From contig BLSG01000269.1 in NCBI GenBank assembly GCA_012862495.1, positions 72,381 through 93,689 of the forward strand: a stretch of DNA of 21,309 nucleotides, in the 5' to 3' direction. Shown piece by piece: positions 1 to 8,031 of the stretch. Numbering within the stretch: the stretch's first letter is position 1; each line of letters begins with the position of its first letter. Position numbers and translations under genes: made by a program. The notes under the pieces were generated by a model that saw nothing but the letters and a program-made list of their open reading frames with translations, searched no databases and was not told the origin of the DNA. The stretch is from Thraustochytrium aureum. Taxonomy: Eukaryota.

Positions 1-3000
1 CTCACAAATTCGCCTTGCAATCCTGCGCTCGCTCCTGCGCGAACCGATGCTCCGGAGCTCGCGACAAGGCTGCCGAGAGCCTCTTCGGGTGGAGAAGGGC
101 TGGATGTCGGCACGACGGAAGCAGTTGAACGGAGGGTGGACATGGTTGCTTCCCGCCGCAGCTTGGTCATCATGCGTGACAAGGATCCATGCCGACGATC
201 ATCTCCTGCAACCGTAGCGCGTCCTTTAAGAAAGGACCCGCCTCGAGCGTGAGAGTCATCCAGCCCACAGCTGTCCTTCCCGCGACTTATGCACATTTCT
301 TGTTGGGTCGTTGGCGGCCCAGAGTCCGTCTCACCCCCAGGCGAGAGATGCTGCAAGAACAGAGTGGATCGGGTGGCCGTCTGCATGCGCTTTAGCATTT
401 CATGCCCCTTGCGAATCAGTTGACCACCAGGCGCGGCGTCACCTCCTTCACTACTTGAACAATTTTTAACGAGAGCAGTGCGCAGGTGAGCGGCGATGCC
501 GGTGCCGCGGGACTTGCCAGCATTCGTCTGCGAATGGGGCGCAGCAAGCTGCTTCTCGGACGAGCTCTCGGGCCCGAAGGCGTCCAGGAGCTCCTGTATC
601 GGAAGAAAAGCAGTGCCTGCTCCTTTTGCAATCGGGTCCTCCTTCAATGTTCCACCAAGAGACTTTGGAAGACATCTGCGGCCAAGCAGTCGCGCCAGCT
701 TTCGTTTGCCGCGCTCGTCTGTGGACACGACGTCGACATTCTCGAACAGATTGAGAGCTGCCTTTCGGTTCAAGAAAAGGATCGCGTCCACCACCAGCTG
801 AGGCTTGGCAACGACGAGAGTCGAAGTTCCCGCAAAGAGACCTGGGTAGAACGGACGCAGCCTGAGAAACGCTTCACGGTACCGTGCGAACCGGACGTGA
901 TCCTCGCTCCTCAAGTCGTCCATGACGACCAAGAAGGTCGCTCGAACAACAGATTCATACCGGGCCGACAGCTGATCCAGCAGCACTGCCAGGTACTCGT
1001 GGACCTCGCGCAGCCCGTCGACGAGCCGCTCCGTCGACATCGTTGCCAGAGCCCTGCGGTTGCACTGACTGCCAACGAGGCCCAAGAAAACGACGCGCTT
1101 GCGCGCCGCGTCAAACGACATCACTGGGTGGATCCCCAAGACTTCGCGCATCTCTTTCAAACCACTGACGTGGTTGATGGCCACGTTGTTCCGCCAAATT
1201 CGGTTTCGTGCGAGGTCCATCCGGTGCTCTAACCGCCAGGCTACCAGTTGGGTGAAAGCCACGCTCGCCTCAAGAACGTTTCCTCCACATACTTCCAGTA
1301 GCCGGTGGAGCGCCAGGTGGCCAAATACCTCGGGCGGGAGCTGGCTGAGCTCGACGCCTGCTGCGACGAGGTCCAGCATGCGAGTTTGGCCATCCTGGCG
1401 GAGCCCTGTCTCTGTATCAAGGGGGAGCATCGGCACCTTCCCATTCATGGGACGAGCCGCGCCAGGCGAAGTCTTCCGCAGCGTCATGATCGCGGCGCGC
1501 TCGCTCTCCAAGAGGTACTGCTGAAGCTCCAGCACGAGCTCGACACTTTCGCGCTCAACGTCCGAGAAGAAGTCCAGAACGCAATACCTCGCCCGCAGGT
1601 CCGCCGAGAGGGTGCGGAAAACGGCAGTGCCAAGCGCCCATGGGTCTCGCGATGTCACGCGATTCTCCCCAAACGCGAGCTGACCCTGCAATGAGAGCGG
1701 GATTACATCCTCGGAGAAGTGCGCAAAAAGCCGCTGCGCCTTGCTGACAAGAACCACGGACAGATTCGCTGTCGCCATGGCCTCACTGCGCGTGAATGCA
1801 TCTCCAAACGATACAAAGAAAGGGCTTGGATCCCACAGCGCGAGCGTCGTCTTGAAGGGGTACCGCCCAAATACGCGCAAGATGGCGTCGAAGGTCTGAA
1901 GGAGCAGCTCGACCGTCTCGCCGCCTTCGCATGCCGGCTCGCCTTGCGCGTTGCACAGAACGCAGAGCGAATACACCTGGCCCTGGCTTGCCGCGACTGA
2001 ATCAAGAACGTGTTGGACGCGCTCGCAGACATACATGGCAAGGCGTTCGATCGAGGGCAAGTCCAGCTCGGTGAGGAGCTTGTTGTAGTTTGCAAACTCC
2101 CCGACATAGGCATGCAAAACGATTGCGCGCTGAGCGTGGTCAATCGCAAAAGTATCCACGAGCGGGACCGACGACAGGAGCGCTGGCATACCAGGCATGT
2201 CACTCCACCGAAGATCTTCGAGGAGTATCCGTCGGCGAGCCACGTCTGCCCCAGCCGCGGTGCGCCACTCAAGCCATACCTGCATGCGGCGTGCTGCCTC
2301 GAACTCGTCGCCGCCACATTGACGAAGAAATTGAAGAAGTTGCACGTCCGTTGCCGCGTCCTGCCGTCGACCTGTCGCATGCACCACTCGACGTGCGCGC
2401 ACAACAGTGTTTATCTCCTCGAGGGCGACGGAGCCCTCCGCGAAGCGATCAAGCACGCTTCCCTCGTTTGCAGCAATTTGATCGAGATCGCTGAGCTTTG
2501 CGCACAAAAGGATTTGCGAAGTGCGCAGATCACGAAGGAACGAGAATTTGTACACCATCGCGGCGATGTTGGTGAAGATCTGCAGCACGTTGAGCACAAA
2601 GCTGCGAGTAAAGCAATGGCCCGCAAAGCCGCTGCCACTGGCCGGCTGGGCGCCCGAGAAGCGCAAGAGGCACTCTGCAAACTCGGCATTGAAAATCACC
2701 GAAGTCGTGGACACGCGCCACAGCGTGAACGCGCAGACGAGCATGTCGCCTAATACGGCGTGCAGAAGGATGTTGCGGTAGCTGCTGACATTGCGCCGCA
2801 GCCGGATAATTTCGAGCTCAACAATATCGGCCGAGTCGATCTCTTTCTTCCCTCCAGCGGCCATACGCGTCCGCCCCTTGTGGACTTGCACGCCATGCAA
2901 GATTTCCTGCCGAATTCCGTGGGCCTGCTTGGCTTGGCTTCTGGCCATGTGGGCCGAGATGGTGGTCACTGTGACGATGGTGAGTGTGTAGAAGGCGTCG

Positions 3001-4280
3001 AAGAACGACGTGATTCCTCCTGTGACGTGCAAGTACGAGATATAGTTGGCCAGATCCAGCCCGATGTCGAGCGACTCCAATCCAATCAGGAGCAATCGAC
3101 GCCAAATCTGTACCCAGGCTTGAGCGCGTTCTGTGTCGCCCAGTCGGATCACCTCGAATGTGTCTGGCGCAACTGTGCGGGGCGATTGCGGTGCATGCCC
3201 CGCTCTGTTGGTCTTCCCGCTGCTATTCAGGCGAGATATGCTGCTCGGTCGCAGGAGAAGCGCCGGTCGAAGCGATTGAAAGGTAGCGCTGCCGCTGCTC
3301 TGCTTGCGAAACACGCGATTCGAGACAAGGAGGAGGACGTTGAGAAAAGGAGAGCAATGGGGCAGCCCAAGACAGACCGCGTTCCATTGCAATGCAGTGG
3401 AAATTCCTGCGCGCACCAACGCGGCTTGAACCACGAATGGGGTCCACAGCACCGCAGGCACCAAAGACAACCACCGCGCCAGGCCATATACGCTGCGACT
3501 CGCACTATCGTCGAAGATTGCGATCGTTGGGGTTGTAGCACTTGCGAAAGCCCGGCGCTGAAGCAGCGCCCGTGCCGTCCACATCGCAAGAGACACAACG
3601 CTCCCACATAGACCGAAAAGAAGGAACAAAAACACCCCTTCGCCGCGACCCGAGCCTATGGTGCCGCAGCGCAGGCCAAATACAAGACCGATCGAGCCAT
3701 CCTGCTTGGCCAGCGCAAACCAGGTGATTGAGACGGCCACGCTCGCCACAAAAACCTTCCACAGCGGACTTGAGGAGCTCCGCGCCTTGGCCAAGTGAGC
3801 GCCCGACTCTTTGGCAAACTTGGAACGAATCTCGAATACGACTAGAGCCCACATGAGGGCGATTGCCGCCAGTCGCAGCGTCCAAGAAAGAAAAGACATG
3901 AATCCCCATCCGTCGCACCCGGTTCCGTCGCTTGCGAGATCCTTCAGGGACCCCGTCGCCGCAAGCAAGTGAAACGCGAGCTCGGTCCCCACCGAGATGA
4001 TGTCCGCCATGACAACGCATCTGAAGGGCGCAAAGTACGTCAGTCGCAGCGCCGACATTGGCTTTGCCCACATCGTGCACAGCACCACGAGCGAAAGCGC
4101 CCCAACTGCGAGCACGGCCACGCTCGTGGCCCAGTACGTCTGTCGCACGCCATCGAGTGACGCCTCTGTTGCCGCGACCATTGCGTCGCCCTGCAGCACA
4201 ACGGCGGGCGCTCCGAGCGTCTGGCTTGCTCGGGCGTCGACGAAGCACTGCAGCCAAAGCGAGCGCAGCATGATGTGCAT
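1..4280 (-). CDS. Multidomain membrane protein: 7TM GPCR-like domain + 4-TM module + two tandem CRAL-TRIO/Sec14 domains (3' partial, runs off window; start uncertain)
   Basis: Manual translation shows one stop-free minus frame from the gap edge (~4338) to position 3. Candidate ATGs are at 4280, 4271 and 4181, or the start may lie in the gap. Seven hydrophobic helices at ~4136-3315 have Cys at the top of TM3 (GCDGWG) and in ECL2 (LRCGT), LWTP in TM6 and FLNVLLL in TM7. Four more helices lie at ~3095-2540. Sec14 signatures occur twice: TDVQLLQFLRQCGGDEFEAARRMQVWLEWR...RYPF...IPLSLQG, and HRLLEVCGGNVLEASVAFTQLVAWR...FYPG...LPKSLGGT. The long plus-strand ORFs here are in-register antisense shadows. 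Confidence 0.85.
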   Translation of the reverse strand, partial: MHIMLRSLWLQCFVDARASQTLGAPAVVLQGDAMVAATEASLDGVRQTYWATSVAVLAVGALSLVVLCTMWAKPMSALRLTYFAPFRCVVMADIISVGTELAFHLLAATGSLKDLASDGTGCDGWGFMSFLSWTLRLAAIALMWALVVFEIRSKFAKESGAHLAKARSSSSPLWKVFVASVAVSITWFALAKQDGSIGLVFGLRCGTIGSGRGEGVFLFLLFGLCGSVVSLAMWTARALLQRRAFASATTPTIAIFDDSASRSVYGLARWLSLVPAVLWTPFVVQAALVRAGISTALQWNAVCLGLPHCSPFLNVLLLVSNRVFRKQSSGSATFQSLRPALLLRPSSISRLNSSGKTNRAGHAPQSPRTVAPDTFEVIRLGDTERAQAWVQIWRRLLLIGLESLDIGLDLANYISYLHVTGGITSFFDAFYTLTIVTVTTISAHMARSQAKQAHGIRQEILHGVQVHKGRTRMAAGGKKEIDSADIVELEIIRLRRNVSSYRNILLHAVLGDMLVCAFTLWRVSTTSVIFNAEFAECLLRFSGAQPASGSGFAGHCFTRSFVLNVLQIFTNIAAMVYKFSFLRDLRTSQILLCAKLSDLDQIAANEGSVLDRFAEGSVALEEINTVVRARRVVHATGRRQDAATDVQLLQFLRQCGGDEFEAARRMQVWLEWRTAAGADVARRRILLEDLRWSDMPGMPALLSSVPLVDTFAIDHAQRAIVLHAYVGEFANYNKLLTELDLPSIERLAMYVCERVQHVLDSVAASQGQVYSLCVLCNAQGEPACEGGETVELLLQTFDAILRVFGRYPFKTTLALWDPSPFFVSFGDAFTRSEAMATANLSVVLVSKAQRLFAHFSEDVIPLSLQGQLAFGENRVTSRDPWALGTAVFRTLSADLRARYCVLDFFSDVERESVELVLELQQYLLESERAAIMTLRKTSPGAARPMNGKVPMLPLDTETGLRQDGQTRMLDLVAAGVELSQLPPEVFGHLALHRLLEVCGGNVLEASVAFTQLVAWRLEHRMDLARNRIWRNNVAINHVSGLKEMREVLGIHPVMSFDAARKRVVFLGLVGSQCNRRALATMSTERLVDGLREVHEYLAVLLDQLSARYESVVRATFLVVMDDLRSEDHVRFARYREAFLRLRPFYPGLFAGTSTLVVAKPQLVVDAILFLNRKAALNLFENVDVVSTDERGKRKLARLLGRRCLPKSLGGTLKEDPIAKGAGTAFLPIQELLDAFGPESSSEKQLAAPHSQTNAGKSRGTGIAAHLRTALVKNCSSSEGGDAAPGGQLIRKGHEMLKRMQTATRSTLFLQHLSPGGETDSGPPTTQQEMCISRGKDSCGLDDSHARGGSFLKGRATVAGDDRRHGSLSRMMTKLRREATMSTLRSTASVVPTSSPSPPEEALGSLVASSGASVRAGASAGLQGEFV

Positions 4281-4339
4281 GCGTCGCTCTATATGTCCGT
4301 TGTCGAAATCCGTTGTCGATATCCGTTGGGTAGGATTGG

Positions 4340-4674
4340 NNNNNNNNNNNNNNNNNNNNNNNNNNNNNNNNNNNNNNNNNNNNNNNNNNNNNNNNNNNNN
4401 NNNNNNNNNNNNNNNNNNNNNNNNNNNNNNNNNNNNNNNNNNNNNNNNNNNNNNNNNNNNNNNNNNNNNNNNNNNNNNNNNNNNNNNNNNNNNNNNNNNN
4501 NNNNNNNNNNNNNNNNNNNNNNNNNNNNNNNNNNNNNNNNNNNNNNNNNNNNNNNNNNNNNNNNNNNNNNNNNNNNNNNNNNNNNNNNNNNNNNNNNNNN
4601 NNNNNNNNNNNNNNNNNNNNNNNNNNNNNNNNNNNNNNNNNNNNNNNNNNNNNNNNNNNNNNNNNNNNNNNNNN
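4340..4674. other. Assembly gap (N run)
   Basis: Continuous Ns. Confidence 1.
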
Positions 4675-4847
4675 TTTGCGTCCTCTCCAGCCTGGCGTTG
4701 CAGTGCGGTTTCGAGCTCAGCCGTCTGCCAAGCCAATAGAAGCTAGGGTTGCTATCCACTCGTTTGGACAACGCGCAGAGCACAGCACCATGAGGCCAAG
4801 TGCAACTGTAGTTGCGGGTGTCCTCAGTACATCCAAAGGAGAGCCTA

Positions 4848-6298
4848 TTATGATGCTTTTTGAAGCTCTATTTGCCTCTCAAAGCTAGATACGCATCGCG
4901 CGGTTGCCGGCAGAATCGGATGCCCCCTGAGGAACTCAGCACGCTCGACCTGAGCGAGTTCCTTGATGGTCTCACACGCGTGACGGAGCAAGTTCTGTGG
5001 CCGGCTTGTTGAAAAATCGAGTTTCGCGCGGCGGCACTTTGGGGCCTCTCCAGAAGCACTGTAGGACGGGGGTCTTCTTTTGCCGCATCGACGCTCTGCA
5101 CTCGGAATTCAACCAGAGCAGGACAGCTAAGCGCTCAGAGCAGGACAGCTTAGCAGTCGCTCGCGCCCTCCCTCCCAGCACGCTCTGGATCCGAGCCTGT
5201 TCTTCACGCGTTGGGGCCATACTCGCCGCCGCCACCGAGAATGTCCGAAAGACCACGCCCGCACGGATCTTGCTCGAGCTCTGCAAGCACGGCCTGAATG
5301 CTCGCTCGGGTTTCTGGTGGGCCGACTTGCGCAAGCTTGCAAAGCGCCTTTGCGCAGGCCCGAGACGTGTGCCAAGACCCGAGGTATACCCCGCTGACAA
5401 GGCGTTGTTCGAGCCCCAACAGAGCCTGTCCCAGCTGTGAGCTGTCTTTGGAGGCCGCGGCAGGCTCGAGGAACGAAGGTAAGTGTCGGCCTAGGAAATC
5501 AAACACCGCAGGTTTCCAACGCGCTAGCTCTGGGGAGTCCGATAGGGCGAGAAGCTCGTGCAAGACCAGCTCCCGAACATGCTCGTCATCGGAAAGCAAG
5601 CATTCATGCCAGATGTCCAGCAGCGCATCCGCACCGATCTCGTCCGGATCAGCCGTAAAGCGTGCAAACGCCAGGTCGAGGAGCAGCGCAGCGAGACCCG
5701 GGACAAAAGCAACCCGGCTTTGCAGCGCGTCCAGGATCTCCTCGACCTGGGCACGGTTAAACGTTGCCGTCAGCGCCTTTATTTCGTCTGCGCAGCGGCC
5801 GCGCCGGCCCTGCCCCCGAGCTTGGCCGCGGGGGTCGTCGGCGACCCAAACGAGCGCGCGGACTGCAGCAATTTGAACATCGACACAATTGGAAACACGG
5901 CAAGCATCGGATAGGTCAGGCCAGAGGTCAAGCAATGCATTGGATTCCGGGCTCGAGCGTCCAGAGACTCCAAACTTGGCTTCGTGAAGCGCGCGTTGGC
6001 GGGCAAGCCGCTCCACCGAGCCGCAGACGCTGAATATGAGCGGTTGCTCGCCTGCTCCGAACCGCAGGGCAGCCGCGAGCTCGCCGCACACCAAGGGGAG
6101 AACGCCGATCACGCCCGCGCCGCTGGGGTAGTCGGGAGCTGAAAGCTCACACAGTGTCTCCAAGGAAGCCGCGAGATGGCAGCCACAGCGGAGAGTCGCA
6201 CGCGCTGGCGACTATCTCTGGCTAACAAAGCGAGTGAGATGTACACTTCACTCTCTTGCGCCTCTGTGCACGCGCCCGATAGAAGAAGGCCTAGACAG
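4848..6298 (-). CDS. TSAUCER: TSET/TPLATE complex large subunit, TSAUCER/TASH3-like HEAT/alpha-solenoid protein (5' part in gap; frame break near 6165; probable intron then last exon ending at TAA 4848-4850)
   Basis: The core 5204..6163 ORF has motifs colinear with my recollection of plant TASH3: CVDVQIAAVRALVW, EEILDALQSRVAFVPGLAALLLDLA, PDEIGADALLDIWHECL and GSWHTSRACAKALCKLA...ETRASIQAVL. A HEAT-like segment (LARDSRQRVRLSAVAAISRLP) lies upstream in another frame. A protein-like downstream segment (LLRHACETIKELAQVERAEFLRGHPILPATARCV) lies in a frame open from 5108 to 4848. Confidence 0.6.
5114..5150. repeat. Short direct repeat CAGAGCAGGACAGCT x2
   Basis: Exact 15-mer at 5114-5128 and 5136-5150, inside the putative intron of the TSAUCER-like gene. 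Confidence 0.85.
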
Positions 6299-7009
6299 NN
6301 NNNNNNNNNNNNNNNNNNNNNNNNNNNNNNNNNNNNNNNNNNNNNNNNNNNNNNNNNNNNNNNNNNNNNNNNNNNNNNNNNNNNNNNNNNNNNNNNNNNN
6401 NNNNNNNNNNNNNNNNNNNNNNNNNNNNNNNNNNNNNNNNNNNNNNNNNNNNNNNNNNNNNNNNNNNNNNNNNNNNNNNNNNNNNNNNNNNNNNNNNNNN
6501 NNNNNNNNNNNNNNNNNNNNNNNNNNNNNNNNNNNNNNNNNNNNNNNNNNNNNNNNNNNNNNNNNNNNNNNNNNNNNNNNNNNNNNNNNNNNNNNNNNNN
6601 NNNNNNNNNNNNNNNNNNNNNNNNNNNNNNNNNNNNNNNNNNNNNNNNNNNNNNNNNNNNNNNNNNNNNNNNNNNNNNNNNNNNNNNNNNNNNNNNNNNN
6701 NNNNNNNNNNNNNNNNNNNNNNNNNNNNNNNNNNNNNNNNNNNNNNNNNNNNNNNNNNNNNNNNNNNNNNNNNNNNNNNNNNNNNNNNNNNNNNNNNNNN
6801 NNNNNNNNNNNNNNNNNNNNNNNNNNNNNNNNNNNNNNNNNNNNNNNNNNNNNNNNNNNNNNNNNNNNNNNNNNNNNNNNNNNNNNNNNNNNNNNNNNNN
6901 NNNNNNNNNNNNNNNNNNNNNNNNNNNNNNNNNNNNNNNNNNNNNNNNNNNNNNNNNNNNNNNNNNNNNNNNNNNNNNNNNNNNNNNNNNNNNNNNNNNN
7001 NNNNNNNNN
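6299..7009. other. Assembly gap (N run)
   Basis: Continuous Ns. It probably hides the 5' end of the TSAUCER-like gene. Confidence 1.
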
Positions 7010-7049
7010 TGCACGCCGACCTTGGCCTGTACTTTCCTGCTTGGCCGTC

Positions 7050-7823
7050 ATGTGGCGCCCGGGAGCGCCGGCTCCGTTCGAGGCGCTCAAGGCGAAGAAG
7101 AAGGGCAAGAGGAAGGGCGGTGCCGCAGCCCCGGACGCCAGCAAGGCCGCGAAGGCTGCCAAGGCCGCGAAGGGATCCGTCGAAAAAGCCGCGGCGAAGG
7201 CCCGTGAGCAACGCTCGACGAGGCAGCGCGTCGAGAGCGCGGACGAGGACGAGCTTGGGGATAATGGGTTTGTGGAAGCTCCGGCAAGGACGAACGAGGC
7301 CCTTATTGCGGCCTCCGCCGCTGCGCAAGGGGTGACCTCGAGGGCTGGCAAAGAGGGGTTGTCGAGCACTGTGAAGAATTTGAGGTTCATGGCGCGCAAA
7401 GGCGAGGCCGAGCGAGCCGCGAGAGAGGAGAAGGAGAAGGCGCGGAAGCTGCGTGACGAAAAGTGGGTCATCGACCCAGCTTTGTTGCAGAGCGAGTCAG
7501 GCAGGCTGGTCTGCGAGCCCCTGACCACCGCGCCACGAGCGCTGTCTGGTCGCAGGTCGTTCGGGAGCTTCAACCCTGCCGTAGAGGCCACGCAAGAATT
7601 GATGCGCGAAGAATTGATGCGCGCAGAATTGATGCGCGGTGAAGCGCTTCAAGACGAGCCCGAGGCTGCAGAGGATGGCGACGCCATTGGCCCAGAGGAG
7701 ATGGCGGACAGAATGGTCTCGCTCAAGAGGTCCCGCAACGCTGGCGTGGAGCGAGCCGGGAACTCGAAGCGCGCCAAAACGAGCACGAAGGGGAGGGGCG
7801 GGCCAAAGGCCTCGCGCCGCTGA
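7050..7823 (+). CDS. MPP6: M-phase phosphoprotein 6-like nuclear RNA exosome cofactor (257 aa)
   Basis: ATG 7050 to TGA 7823. MPP6 family motifs appear in order: LSSTVKNLRFMAR, a conserved W (EKWVI), GRRSFGSFNPAVE and IGPEEMADRM. The N-terminus is Lys/Ala-rich and NLS-like. Confidence 0.85.
   Translation: MWRPGAPAPFEALKAKKKGKRKGGAAAPDASKAAKAAKAAKGSVEKAAAKAREQRSTRQRVESADEDELGDNGFVEAPARTNEALIAASAAAQGVTSRAGKEGLSSTVKNLRFMARKGEAERAAREEKEKARKLRDEKWVIDPALLQSESGRLVCEPLTTAPRALSGRRSFGSFNPAVEATQELMREELMRAELMRGEALQDEPEAAEDGDAIGPEEMADRMVSLKRSRNAGVERAGNSKRAKTSTKGRGGPKASRR
7596..7640 (+). repeat. Coding 15-bp tandem repeat x3 (ELMRE-ELMRA-ELMRG)
   Basis: GAATTGATGCGCG-NN repeated three times in frame within MPP6. 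Confidence 0.95.
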
Positions 7824-8031
7824 GCAACACCGTTTGGACCCTCGGCAGCAAAGCTCCTGGGGAGGGGCTCTGGCTGCCAGGCCAAACGCAGGCGCATCAT
7901 CATACACCTATTCTCTGCGATCTTTATCTGGCGAGAGAATAGGGCAGCGTTTTCGATTTTCTCGTCATTTCTCGGTTGATGGGGTGGTCGGGTTCGGTGC
8001 CAGCGGCAGCAAATTTAAATAAAAAAACAAG

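Noticed and set aside
1315..1380. LRR-like string LDLVAAGVELSQLPPEVFGHL
   Set aside because: It is a single copy without the LxxLxLxxN spacing and leads directly into the second CRAL-TRIO N-terminal helix.
486..3611. Plus-strand ORFs 486..1232, 1305..1694, 2010..2753 and 2760..3611
   Set aside because: They share codon register with the long minus-strand gene and have no recognisable motifs. They are antisense shadows typical of GC-rich coding DNA.
6109..7591. Long ORFs spanning N gaps here and at the other gaps
   Set aside because: Their lengths are artefacts of translating Ns as X.
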